Shown here: positions 48,952-63,080 of the stretch, piece by piece
Layout of the letters: each line of letters begins with the position of its first letter
How positions within the stretch are numbered: the stretch's first letter is position 1
DNA from: Eledone cirrhosa
Lineage: Eukaryota
Length of the DNA: 64,000 bases
Assembly (NCBI GenBank): GCA_964016885.1
Contig: OZ024744.1
Location: 125,364,001-125,428,000 of the forward strand
Reading direction: 5' to 3'
The notes under the pieces: generated by a model
Databases searched by the model: none
The model's input: the letters and a program-made list of their open reading frames with translations, nothing else
Told to the model about the DNA's origin: nothing
Translations under genes and position numbers: made by a program

Positions 48952-50463
48952 TATTATTTGTTTTATTATAATCAAAATATGCTGTTAGTTAGATCTGCAT
49001 TGTGTACATTTTATATAATTTATGCCAGTTCCTTTTCTACATATCGAACATGGCCATTTCCCTGACGGAATAGAGTTTTGTCCTCTTTTCTACTCATCAA
49101 CACTCATTCGTGACACAAAGTACAGCCAGCGGCATCATTGCGGACAGACTTAATCCTGATTTGCACTGACACACTGCCTCGCAATACGGAACACCGCACG
49201 TCTTTGATCTTCTTCCCGTCGATCAGCCTCCTTGCCATGCAAAGTACACCTGACGTCTAGCTTCTCTCTTAGCGGCGGCGGCTGTATATTCTTCTCTACT
49301 CCCACTAATTTTCCAAGCATTCCATGCTAGTCTTTAGTCTCCAATGGCCCGATCTACAGTTTCTGTCTCAACTCGTCTATGCTTGGTCGTTCCCGCACAT
49401 TGACATTGCACATCCAACGGAGCATGCTTGCTTCATTTCTCTCCAGCCGTCGCATGTCCTCTGCAGTTGCTGCCCGTGTCTCACTACCATGCAGCATCGC
49501 GCATCTAAACCTGGCCCTTACCCTAACCCCAACCTCTTTGGTTTTCGTTTTCTCGACGGCTAGCCGCATTTCGTGATCCGCCTTTCGATTGCGCTTCCGT
49601 CGCGGCAAAAGAATTGCCTTTCCAGACCGCCGTCGCCCGACCGGACCCATGATAGAAGACGTTCGTTACCGTTGGAGCAACGCAAATTACTCCTCGGTTG
49701 ACGCCAAAAACGAACGCCTTCCCGCCTCGCGCCGCCTTCTCCTCGCCGACCCTCGGCCTCGACGATTAGCCACTTTCCGTCACAGCAGTAGATACGCGTC
49801 CGTCGTAATAGCCGTCATTTTAACGCAGGAGAAACGCCTAATTGCCCTGCACCGCGTTTGACGGCGATCTACGACGGCGACGATGCGCGCACTCTTCCTT
49901 GCTGCGACGAAGGTTTCGGCTTTTCGTCGTGGACCCGGTCAGGTCATGCCGCTGACCTCGCGTTACGGCGACGCGAGAAGACGTTCGTTACCGCTGGAGC
50001 AACGCAAATTACTCCTCGGTTGACGCCAAAAACGAACGCCTCGCGCCGCCGCTTCCTCCTCGGCCTCGACGATTAGCCGCTTTCCGTCACAGCAGTAGAT
50101 ACGCGTCCATCGTAATAGCCGTCATTTTAACGCAGGAGAAACGCCTTGACGACGATATACGACGGGTCGACGACGCGCGCACTCTTTCTGCTGCGACGAA
50201 GGTTTTGGCTTTTCGTTGTGGACCCGGTCGGGTCATGCCTCTGACCTCGCGTTGCGTCGCCACCGCCGCGGCGGGCTTGGGTTTAGCCGTAGCTACCCTC
50301 GTTTTGCCAACGGCGACGCGAGAAGACGTTCGTTACCGCTGGAGCAACGCAAATTACTCCTCGGATGAGGCCAAAAACGAACGCTGAAGAGATATTGTCC
50401 ATGGATATCGGGAATTTTACCCGCCCTAGATAGATAGATAGATAGGGATGTATGTATGTATGT

Positions 50464-50505
<42 letters not shown>

Positions 50506-50884
50506 GTATGTATCTTTCTCATTCTCTCTGTATGTATGTATGTATGTATATATATATAATTATATATTTATAGACATCCTGAAAGCTTTTTAAATGTCTG
50601 AGAGATTGGCTAAATATGTTTTGCAGGTATGACCAGTAAGAGAGAGGTAAGTTATTTCAAAACAATTCTTTGACCATTATTTTAAGGTACTATCTCAGTG
50701 TATTTTTAAATTGACCTCTTGATAGGATGAAATGACCTGTATAATTTTTTTCATATTTAGATGGAATAGAAGAAAAACAAGAAAAATGAAATGAATTCAA
50801 ACAGAAAATATACACCAATGCCAATGGAGGTATGATTTCAGTTTAATCTTAACCTAATGACCACTTTACAGAGTGTACTGGATA

Positions 50885-50967
<83 letters not shown>

Positions 50968-53900
50968 AGGAAGCTCCAACCGTTAAGGTTGTCTTTCCAT
51001 TTATTAATATATTGTGTATTTACTCCACTAAACTGTTGAGTGCTTTATATCAGTTATAAAAAAATTTCAGCTTGTTGAATCCCAAAATAGTTGTTGAAAC
51101 AGCCACAGCTCAGCCGTCGGGGTCCTGAATATTTATCATATATATATACGTATGAGTGTGTGTGTTTTGAGAATTAATAATTATATAAACAAGTTTGTAA
51201 TGAACAATTTATTTCTTATCAAAACTGTATAAACATGATATTATTTACAGTAAGAATAACAATAATAATGATGGTTTCTAGTAAAGGTGGAAGGCCAGTA
51301 ATTTGGGGGAGGGGAAAGTTGATTAAATCGAAGAGAGAAAGAAAGAAAAAACAGAACGGGAAGGAGAGGGGATGGCAAGAGGTCCGGTGTCGCAGGAGAG
51401 AGGGGAGGGTGGTTGAGCTTTGAGTCTAGGGCAAGAGGGCAGAAATGCTGCGCCCCACGGATAAGACGGCAAAAATATTCTCGCGGACGATGGCCAGAGA
51501 TACCCAATGCAACAACCACCCAACCTCGCGGTGTTCCCTCCTCAGATGGGCTGCTGACTCTCCGATCTTTTGGAGGAGCTCGGCAGTACAAGGTCCAAGT
51601 ACTCCTGGGGTCTCGACGTTGACTGGTGCAGAGAGGAAGTGGCCGGACAATCCTCGGTATTTGTTTATTTTACGTTCTTCTGCGAGGTGGGCTGCGATGC
51701 CGGGGTTTGTGACCGAAACGACTTGGAAACGAAGTTGTAGGCGGAGATTGTGTCGTAGCTGGTGGTGTCCCAGATGAGGGACCTACGTCCTTCGAATGGG
51801 AAGAGAGTGATTCCGTCGGGGCGCTTGCCATCTCCGGGACCTGTTGGCCCCAGTTGTGATGGGAAGCCAGCTGCGTCCAGGCTTCTTCTCAATATGTCGT
51901 TGACAACGACGTGTATCTATTCAATAATTATTTGAATATTGAAATTTTAGGTTTAACTACCTTTTAAACCAAATACATTAAGAAAGGCATGACCAACACC
52001 ACATCATTTTTATTTCTATTTTGAAAGTAGGTTTATAAGTATTAAATTTCAGTAGATTCTTATATCCTTCATGGTGGTCTGGTGGGAGATACGAGAGATG
52101 GTGGAGGTTCTGGTCTGGGGTTCAATCCTGCTCAGGAGATACTCTAAGGGGGTTCATACTAAACTTCTTCAGTGTTTCTTATCTCTAGAGACAAATATAT
52201 ATACATAAGGTAATCTGGTAAAGTTGTTAGAACATCACATAGAATTCTTTGTAGTATTTTTTCCAGTTCTTCAATCTGAGTTCAACTTTACTTTTCTTCC
52301 ATTCGGGGTTGATAATAACGTACCAGTCAAATACTAGGGGTTAATTCTTCCTCTATATCTCTTTCTCACTCTCTGTCTGTTTTATTAAGACCTGGAGAGG
52401 TGATGTACTCTACCAGGTTTTATAATGAGTGATGGGGTCATACCTGCCTGCTACACCTCTGTGTACTAAGTGTAGCATATTATATCCTTGTTCAGGGCCT
52501 TCCTGACATTACTGTGTACTAAGGGTAGCATTTTATATCCTTGTTCAGGGCCATCTTAACATTGCTGTGTACTAAGTGTAGCATATTATATCCTTGTTCG
52601 GGGCCTTCCTGACATTAGTGTGTACTGAGTGTAGATTTTAACATCCTTGTTCTGGGCCTTCCTAACATTACTGTGTACTGAGTGTAGATTTTAACATCTT
52701 TGTTCAGAGCCTTCCTTACATTACTGTGTACTAAGTGTAGCATTTCATATACTTGTTCTGGGCCTTCCTAACGTTACTGTGGAAATAGTAGTTTATATCC
52801 AATATGTAATATAGATATGGATTCTACAGGACTAAAACTCATTAATATGAGGGGTATTAGTAGATTATATGCCATATTTAATAGAGAAATGGCTTCTACA
52901 AGACTAAAACTCATTAATATGAGGGGTATTACAGTTTATATTCCATATTTAATACAGAAATGGCTTCTAAAGGACTAGAACTCTTTAAATTGAATAAAAT
53001 AGTAGTATATATCCTATGTTTAATACAGAAATGCCTTCTAAAGGACTCATTAATATGAGGGTATTAGTAGATTATATAACATATTTAATACAGAAATGGC
53101 TTTTAAATTCAGGGACTCGTTAATTTGATGGAAATAGTAGTGTCTATGCAATATTTAATACAGAAATAGCTTCTACAGGACTAAAACTAATTAATATGAG
53201 GGGTATTAGTAGTATATGTGCCATATTTAATACAGAGATGGCTTCTAAATGGAGGTATCTCATTAATTCGATTGAAATGGTAGTGTATATGCAATATTTA
53301 ATACAGAAATAGCTTCTACAAGAATAAAACTCATTAATATGAAGGTTATTATTACATTATATGCCATATTTAATACAGAAATCGGTTCTAAAGGACTAGA
53401 ACTCTTTAATTCAAATCAAATAGTAGTATAAAGCAATATTTACTACAGAAATGGCTTCTACAAGACTAAAAATCCTTAATATGAGGGGTATTGTTAGATT
53501 ATATACCATATTTAATACAGAAATGGCTTCTAAATGAAGAAATCTCTTTAATTCGATAGTAATAGTAATAATAATAATAGTAATAGTAATAATACAGCCA
53601 ATTTTCCACGCAATACTTTTAGTTAGCACCCCGAACGCATAATTGGGAATATAATCACTTATTTCCTAATGTTTGTTGAGTGAGTTGGGAAAAAAAACTT
53701 GGGAAATATATTTTCAGGGTCTCAAAATCTTAAAGAGAAAAAAAAGTCCTGTGGAAGGTAGCAAAACAATTAGGAAGAAAATGGTTTGAAGTTGGTTGGT
53801 GAGTATAAGATTACAGTATCTTGTTGATTTCTATAAAGTTTACTTTTAACTGAATTGGTAAAAATGGATAAATTAGAAGACACAATATAATAACTAATAT

Positions 53901-54207
53901 TGTCTTCTAAAACAGGGAATAAAAATATGTTGGTGTATTGGGGGGGGGTAAACATGTGAGTTAATGGGAATGTTTTTGTTTGTTTTTATTGAAACATATT
54001 CAATCTACAGATAGGTTGTTATAGTTATTTAGTCTCGGGTCTGCCATTATCTGCAGATTTATAATTGAGGGGTGTTCCAGGTGTGACCACCCTACATTAT
54101 TCCTAGAGATTGTTACTCCTTCATTCTTCAGTCATCTTGGTCTTCTTATGAGATGGTGGTGTAGTCTTATTTATTGTTAAGGTTATGGTCTTCCTTTGTC
54201 CACACTC

Positions 54208-54249
<42 letters not shown>

Positions 54250-55808
54250 AAAGGCTTCCTTCTCTGGAAAAAGATGATTTAATATTCACAACCATCTGTC
54301 TAATTGTTTTCTGATGAGAATAAAGTTAATCTTGCTTGTATGTCTACCTGATCAAATGACTGGCTGATATCTTGAAGTCATTTACACCACAGAACTGTAG
54401 GAGTCTTGATCCCTCAAGCCATACCTCTAGCCATCATGTACTCCAAAAGAGTCTCACCTTGGTGCTACTCAACATGTCCATTAAATTTAGCAGCAAGGAT
54501 GCCCTCTTCTTAGTGAGAGACAACTACAAGAGAGGTTCTTAGAGAAGAATAAGCCACTATAGTTAACTTTTGTTGACATAGAGAACCCCGATCTGTCATC
54601 TGGTGGTCCTTAAGGAAACTAGGTGTAGGGGAATGGCTTGTGAGGACAGTGCAAGCTATGTACAAGGGTGCTGTCAGTAAAGTGAGAGGAGGAATTCCAG
54701 AAACAAAGTAGGTGTACATCAGGGTTCGGTCCTCAGTCCGCTCTTGTTCATTATAGTCCTCCCTCCCTCCCTCCCTCCCTCCCTCCCTCCAAGCCATAAC
54801 AGAGGAGGAGTAGTTTAAGACTGGATGCCCATGGGAACTTCTCTATGCTGACGATCTGGTTCTTATAGCAGAATCAGTAGAGGAGCTAGCTAGAGAATAA
54901 ATTCTGGCTATGGAAACAGCAGTAGTTGGAATCAAGAAGACTGAGAGTGAACCTAGCTAAGACAAAAGTGTTTATAAGTAGAAGAGAGGACAAAACTCTG
55001 ATTCTGTCAGGGAAATGGCCATGTTCGATATGTAGGAAAGGAGTTGGCATAAATTCTATGAAATGTAGTACGCAATGCAGATCTTGGCTACACAAGAGAT
55101 GTAGTGGGATAGCAGGAAAACTGACTGACAGGTAGGGAGAAATACGTATGCAGTAGATGTACAGGGAAATTTGACAGAGATTGCAGTGATAGACACATTT
55201 TTCAAATGCAGGTGGGATCTATAGAGGGAGTTGATAGCTTCTGATACCTAGGTGATCAGATTAGTAAGGGAGGAGGGTGATATAAAATATATTGTTATCA
55301 TGACTGTCTTTATTATTTAAATTACCTCTGTCTATTTACAGATTTTACAGAGTGTACTGGGTGCTTTTATGATGGGAGCAGCAACTCTATACGATTTTAC
55401 AGAGTGTACTTGGTGCTTTTATCATGGCACATGGCAGCAGCAGCAGCAGCAACTACGATTTTACAGAGTGTACTTGGTGCTTTTTACTCTGACATCAGCA
55501 CTGAGGAAGTTGTCATATTTTCAGCTAAATTAATGAGTAGAAAAACCAAGTTTCTGCTACAAAAAATTCTCAGATTCAAGGGAGACATTCAGTTTAAGTA
55601 TGGTATACTGTCACTAAGGCAGCAAATTGGCAGAGTCGCTAGAATATCAGATAGCATTCTTTACATTATTTGTTTCAGCTCTCTGTTCTCTCAATTCAAA
55701 TCCTGCTCAGGTCAACTTTGCCTTTCATCCATACAAAATAGATTAATAAAAGTACCAGTGTATTACTGGGGTCAATTCTTCTTCTAACTCTTCTGCACTT
55801 CCATTCTC

Positions 55809-55849
<41 letters not shown>

Positions 55850-56319
55850 GCTTCTTTAGAACACATCTGCTGTATTCAGACCTGGAGCGGAGATGGGCTC
55901 CACCAAGTTTTAAAAATTGCCCTTTAAGCGCTGTATGTCAATATGGTGCCCCTATGATTCCCTCCCTCAGGAGTTATGGGACCATAGATACTGTCAATTG
56001 TAAAGAATAACAGAGATATTCAGTGCTAGTGTGGTGTTCTGTCAGTTGTGGAGATTGATGAATCTAAACAGAAATATCAACAGCACTTTTCATTTCTGAG
56101 TAACACATTTGTTACCAAGTGCTGCATGGCTGGAATGAAAATCAGTGCTGTGAAAACCAAGACATTCATCCTCTCAAGGAAGCTTGTGCAGTGCACTCTA
56201 CATGTAAATGGAGTCCCACTGAAGCAGGTAGAAAAGTTCATGTATCTCGAAGCTGTGTTCACGAGTGATGACAGAGACGGCAAAGGCACAACACACAACA
56301 GAAGAAAAGAACAATGACA

Positions 56320-56352
<33 letters not shown>

Positions 56353-56514
56353 TGTTTTATTAGTTTTATTATAATAAAAATTGTGCTGTTAGTTTGCTTG
56401 CTATACCATCATGTACCCTAACCCTAAACCTAACCCCAACTCCAACTCTGACCCTAAACCTAACCCCAACCCCAACCCCAACCCTAACCCTAACCCTAAC
56501 CCTAACCCTAACCC

Positions 56515-57102
56515 ACGATAGAAGACGTTCGTTACCGCTGGAGCAACGCAAATTACTCCTCGGTTGACGCCAAAAACGAACGCCTTCTCGACGGCTAGCC
56601 GCATTTCGTGATCCGCCTTTCGATTGCGCTTCCGTCGCGGAAAAAGAATTGCCTTTATAGGCCGCCGCCGCCGCCCGACCGGACCCACGATAGAAGACGT
56701 TCGTTACCGCTGGAGCAACGCAAATTACTCCTCGGTTGACGCCAAAAACGAACGCCTTCTCGACGGCTAGCCGCATTTCGTGATCCGCCTTTCGATTGCG
56801 CTTCCGTCGCGGAAAAAGAATTGCCTTTATAGGCCGCCGCCGCCGCCCGACCGGACCCACGATAGAAGACGTTCGTTACCGCTGGAGCAACGCAAATTAC
56901 TCCTCGGTTGACGCCAAAAACGAACGCCTTCTCGACGGCTAGCCGCATTTCGTGATCCGCCTTTCGATTGCGCTTCCGTCGCGGAAAAAGAATTGCCTTT
57001 ATAGGCCGCCGCCGCCGCCCGACCGGACCCACGATAGAAGACGTTCGTTACCGCTGGAGCAACGCAAATTACTCCTCGGTTGACGCCAAAAACGAACGCC
57101 TT
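56515..57102 (+). repeat. 172-bp GC-rich tandem repeat (3 full units + 1 partial), copy B
   Basis: Units start at 56515, 56687, 56859 and 57031. Confidence 0.92.
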
Positions 57103-57460
57103 CCGGTTCGGGCGACGTAAAAGTCTGTAGCCTTTTCGCCGATCCTCGACGATTATCCGCCTTCCGAACAACCGCCTTTCCGCCGTCACAGCAGTAGGTA
57201 CTCGTCCGTCGTAATAGCCGTCATTTTAATGCAGGAGAAACGCCTAAATGCACTGCGATTGACGACGATCTACGACGCGCTTACTCTTCCTTGCTGCGAC
57301 GAAGGTTTCGTTCGGCTTTTCGTCGTGGACCCGGTCAGGTCATGCCGCTGATCTCGCGTTGCGTCGTTACCGCTGGAGCAACGCAAATTACTCCTCGTTT
57401 AACGCCAACATCGAACGCGCTTCGGTTCTCGGTCGTCGTTGTTTTGTTTCGTGCGGAAGA

Positions 57461-57644
57461 TACCTGGGTGATCCTGCCAGTAGTCATATGCTTGTCTCAA
57501 AGCTTAAGCCATGCAAGTGGAAGTTCATGCCGTAAACGAAAATGGTGAAACCGCGAATGGCTCAGGAACCGGATCTAATCCTCGGGACCGTATTCCTCAC
57601 CGCGAGGAGAGGATAACTGTGGCAATTCTAGAGCTAATACATGC
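57461..57644 (+). pseudogene. 18S rRNA 5'-terminal fragment, copy B
   Basis: Same sequence as 20132-20315. Confidence 0.93.
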
Positions 57645-57649
57645 AATTG

Positions 57650-60600
57650 AGATCGGAGAGGGAGCGATCCGTCTGCTTGATTCCGATAACGAACGAGACA
57701 TTCGTATCCGAAAGAACGTTTGTCTGGAAACTGGTGCAGTCAGTGAGTCGAAAAAAAAATATCTCGGTGGTAGTAGCAAATATTCGAACGAGACATTCGT
57801 ATGCGAAAGAACGTTTGTCGGTGGTAGTAGCAAATATTCGAACGAGACATTCGTATGCGAAAGAACGTTTGTCTGGAAGTGGCGATCCATGCCCGGTGGA
57901 TAGTTGGTTCCGGGTTTTACTATGATTGTTGCAAAACAGAAACTTAAAGGGATTGACAGAATTTGCGATTCCGGAGAGAGGGCGATCCGTCTGCTTGATT
58001 CCGATAACGAACGAGACATTCGTATCCGAAAGAACGTTTGTCTGGAAACTGGTGAGTCAGTGAGTCGAAAAAAAAATATCTCGGTGGTAGTAGCAAATAT
58101 TCGAACGAGACATTCGTAGGCGAAAGAAAAATATCTCGGTGGTAGTAGCAAATATTCGAACGAGACATTCGTATGCGAAAGAACGTTTGTCGGTGGTAGT
58201 AGCAAATATTCGAACGAGACATTCGTATGCGAAAGAACGTTTGTCGGTGGTAGTAGCAAATATTCGAACGAGACATTCGTATGCGAAAGAACGTTTGTCT
58301 GGAAGTGGCGATCCATGCCCGGTGGATAGTTGGTTCCGGGTTTTACTATGATTGTTGCAAAACAAAAACTTAAAGGGATTGACAGAATTTGCGATTCCGG
58401 AGAGAGGGCGATCCGTCTGCTTGATTCCGATAACGAACGAGACATTCGTATCCGAAAGAACGTTTGTCTGGAAACTGGTGAGTCAGTGAGTCGAAAAAAA
58501 AATATCTCGGTGGTAGTAGCAAATATTCGAACGAGACATTCGTATGCGAAAGAACGTTTGTCGGTGGTAGTAGCAAATATTCGAACGAGACATTCGTATG
58601 CGAAAGAACGTTTGTCTGGAAGTGGCGATCCATGCCCGGTGGATAGTTGGTTCCGGGTTTTACTATGATTGTTGCAAAACAGAAACTTAAAGGGATTGAC
58701 AGAATTTGCGATTACGGAGAGGGGGCGATCCGTCTGCTTGATTCCGATAACGAACGAGACATTCGTATCCGAAAGAACGTTTGTCTGGAAACTGGTGAGT
58801 CAGTGAGTCGAAAAAAAAATATCTCGGTGGTAGTGGCAAATATTCGAACGAGACATTCGTATGCGAAAGAACGTTTGTCGGTGGTAGTAGCAAATATTCG
58901 AACGAGACATTCGTATGCGAAAGAACGTTTGTCTGGAAGTGGCGATCCATGCCCGGTGGATAGTTGGTTCCGGGTTTTACTATGATTGTTGCAAAACAGA
59001 AACTTAAAGGGATTGACAGAATTTGCGATTACGGAGAGGGGGCGATCCGTCTGCTTGATTCCGATAACGAACGAGACATTCGTATCCGAAAGAACGTTTG
59101 TCTGGAAACTGGTGAGTCAGTGAGTCGAAAAAAAAATATCTCGGTGGTAGTGGCAAATATTCGAACGAGACATTCGTATGCGAAAGAACGTTTGTCGGTG
59201 GTAGTAGCAAATATTCGAACGAGACATTCGTATGCGAAAGAACGTTTGTCTGGAAGTGGCGATCCATGCCCGGTGGATAGTTGGTTCCGGGTTTTACTAT
59301 GATTGTTGCAAAACAGAAACTTAAAGGGATTGACAGAATTTGCGATTACGGAGAGGGGGCGATCCGTCTGCTTGATTCCGATAACGAACGAGACATTCGT
59401 ATCCGAAAGAACGTTTGTCTGGAAACTGGTGAGTCAGTGAGTCGAAAAAAAAATATCTCGGTGGTAGTAGCAAATATTCGAACGAGACATTCGTATGCGA
59501 AAGAACGTTTGTCGGTGGTAGTAGCAAATATTCGAACGAGACATTCGTATGCGAAAGAACGTTTGTCTGGAAGTGGCGATCCATGCCCGGTGGATAGTTG
59601 GTTCCGGGTTTTACTATGATTGTTGCAAAACAGAAACTTAAAGGGATTGACAGAATTTGCGATTACGGAGAGGGGGCGATCCGTCTGCTTGATTCCGATA
59701 ACGAACGAGACATTCGTATCCGAAAGAACGTTTGTCTGGAAACTGGTGAGTCAGTGAGTCGAAAAAAAAATATCTCGGTGGTAGTAGCAAATATTCGAAC
59801 GAGACATTCGTATGCGAAAGAACGTTTGTCGGTGGTAGTAGCAAATATTCGAACGAGACATTCGTATGCGAAAGAACGTTTGTCTGGAAGTGGCGATCCA
59901 TGCCCGGTGGATAGTTGGTTCCGGGTTTTACTATGATTGTTGCAAAACAGAAACTTAAAGGGATTGACAGAATTTGCGATTCCGGAGAGGGGGCGATCCG
60001 TCTGCTTGATTCCGATAACGAACGAGACATTCGTATCCGAAAGAACGTTTGTCTGGAAACTGGTGAGTCGAAAAAAAAATATCTCGGTGGTAGTAGCAAA
60101 TATTCGTATGCGAAAGAAAAGATCTCGGTGGTAGTAGCAAATATTCGAACGAGACATTCGTAGGCGAAAGAAAAATATCTCGGTGGTAGTAGCAAATATT
60201 CGAACGAGACATTCGTATGCGAAAGAACGTTTGTCGGTGGTAGTAGCAAATATTCGAACGAGACATTCGTATGCGAAAGAACGTTTGTCTGGAAGTGGCG
60301 ATCCATGCCCGGTGGATAGTTGGTTCCGGGTTTTACTATGATTGTTGCAAAACAGAAACTTAAAGGGATTGACAGAATTTGCGATTCCGGAGAAGGGGCG
60401 ATCCGTCTGCTTGATTCCGATAACGAACGAGACATTCGTATCCGAAAGAACGTTTGTCTGGAAACTGGTGAGTCAGTGAGTCGAAAAAAAAATATCTCGG
60501 TGGTAGTAGCAAATATTCGAACGAGACATTCGTATGCGAAAGAAAAATATCTCGGTGGTAGTAGCAAATATTCGAACGAGACATTCGTATGCGAAAGAAC

Positions 60601-61055
60601 GTTTGTCTGGAAGTGGCGATCCATGCTCGGTGGATAGTTGGTTCCGGGTTTTACTATGATTGTTGCAAAACAGAAACTTAAAGGGATTGACAGAATTTGC
60701 GATTCCGGAGAGGGGGCGATCCGTCTGCTTGATTCCGATAACGAACGAGACATTCGTATCCGAAAGAACGTTTGTCTGGAAACTGGTGAGTCAGTGAGTC
60801 GAAAAAAAAATATCTCGGTGGTAGTAGCAAATATTCGTATGCGAAAGAAAAGATCTCGGTGGTAGTAGCAAATATTCGAACGAGACATTCGTATGCGAAA
60901 GAAAAATATCTCGGTGGTAGTAGCAAATATTCGAACGAGACATTCGTATTCGAAAGAACGTTTGTCTGGAAGTTGCGATCCATGCCCGGTGGATAGTTGG
61001 TTCCGGGCTTTACTATGATTGTTGCAAAACAGAAACTTAAAGGAATTGACAGAAT
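57650..61055 (+). repeat. rRNA-mosaic satellite, copy B (10 units)
   Basis: Same monomer; spacings 426, 317 x5, 405, 318 and 359. Confidence 0.9.
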
Positions 61056-61095
61056 TTTCGAATCGACATCAACTCGGCTACGGCTATCCCGTCGA

Positions 61096-61429
61096 GTACG
61101 AGAGTATCGCGGGATCAGAGCAACGGTTTGCTAGGCTGCCTCTGAGCGATAACGGCTGAACGCCTCCTCTAAGCCGGAACCCTAGCCGGACCCGAGTTGT
61201 TTTTCGACAAGCGTCTCGACCTTCTTAAGGCCCATGCCTTAGTTTGGCGATTGCCGTCCGTTCGCCGACGGCGGCAGCGTCAGCGGAAATGCCATTCTGT
61301 GACGACTACGACGATTCGTCGTCGTCGTCGTCCATTCGATTTCCTGAAAGAGATAGAGACTAAAGTGATCAAATTGTTCGGAGTTACGTGCTTAGTAGAG
61401 CAGCTACCACACTGCAATCTATTGAGAGT
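61096..61429 (+). pseudogene. 28S rRNA 3'-terminal relic, copy B
   Basis: Same sequence as 28241-28574. Confidence 0.75.
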
Positions 61430-63080
61430 TTTCTGACGAACGATACAATCCGCCCACGTGGCGCCAGAAAGGGAGAAGAAAAGAAAAGTTAGACGCCGCC
61501 GATCGATCGGTTCGTTGTTTTACGTGTACACAGCTTGTGTGTGTGTCTGTATGTGATACAAGCCGCCTATCCGTCTTCCAAGTAAGTTTTGTGTGTAGAC
61601 TGCGGAAAGAAATCCAATCCGCCGTCTAGGCGGTTCTGCCGCCGACCCATACTTTTGCGAGTCGCTCCCGGGAAAGACAGGCGGCAAGACGGCGTGTATA
61701 CACGACGCCTTCCGTCTTCCGCCTCGAACCCGGCAAACGTTCCTTTATTCGTCCACGCCTTCCCGCTTCGATCGCGAGAAAGTAATCAATCTGTTTTGTG
61801 TGTGATACAAATTTGTTTTCTTAATTTGATAACCATGAATTGTTTCAACACCGGCCCTTTTAAGGGCCACTTATATTTTCAATAATCAGTTTAAATGGGT
61901 TGCACCGTAGCCACTTGGTAATACACTGCAAATCTCCCGTCAATCTATGAAGGTTTTGTAGTAGATTAGATCAAAACACAATCAGCAAGACAGTAATGGA
62001 ATGAATAATATAAACATTTGTTTATAATTAAAGCCTTAAGATGTCCCTCCCTCCCTCCCTTCCTCCCTTCCTTCCTTCCTTCCTTCCTTCCTTACGATAT
62101 ACACTTTAATAACATTGAAACTTATTTAATAAGTTTAAATTTTAAACACTTTTTATTCAGACGTACCGCGATAAGTAACTAGATATGTTCTAACGAATAA
62201 TCCGCGATGTGGCGAGGATTACCGCGATAGGAAATTAGATACGTTCCAAAGAAATATCCGCGAAAAGTGAACCGCGATATAGCGGGTTCACCAGCCAGTG
62301 TATTACTGGTACTTTATTTTATCGACCCCCATAAGGATGAAAGGCAAAGTTAACTGTGCAATAACAAAGGGAGATAACCTCGTCTTTTTTTTTTTACGGA
62401 GTTATTTCCCTTTAAATTTTATCTATTACTTATGATGATACAATTTAATCAGTTCTTAGCTGTCGAGACACTGCATCCTTTAAAACCTCCATGGAACAAG
62501 CTACCTGCAACAGTTGTTAGCTGTCGAGACACTGCATCTTTTAAAACCTCCATGGAACAAACTACCTGCATCAGTTGTTAGGGTCTGAGTTCAAATCACG
62601 CCGAGGAGGTTAACTTTGCCTTTCATCCTTACGGGGTCGGTCGGAAAACGAACCATTCCCGGTTCGCTTTCGAAGCGGGTTTCCGAAAACAGCGCTTCTC
62701 TCGACCGGGCCCGTCGTCCGCTCGGCGGTGGTTTTCATCGTCCCAGGCACGGCTAACAGGCGGAGACGGGACAAACGCGCGTGTTCCTTTTTTTATCAGC
62801 CGCAGCGCCGTTCGTATATATGCTTAGGTTGTTTTTTTTTTAAATATCCTAAGTTAAGTTGGGGCTAAGTTAAGTTGGGGCTAAGTTAAGTTGAGGTTAA
62901 GTTGAGTTGGGGTTAAGTTAAGTGGGGGTTAAGTTAAGCTGGGGTTAAGTTAAGTTGAGGTTAAGTTAAGTTGGGGTTAAGTCAAGTTGGGGTTAAGTTA
63001 AGTTGGGGTTAAGTTAGGTTGGGGTTAAGTTAGGTTGGGGTTAAGTTAAGTTGGGGTTAAGTTAGGTTGCGGTTAAGTTA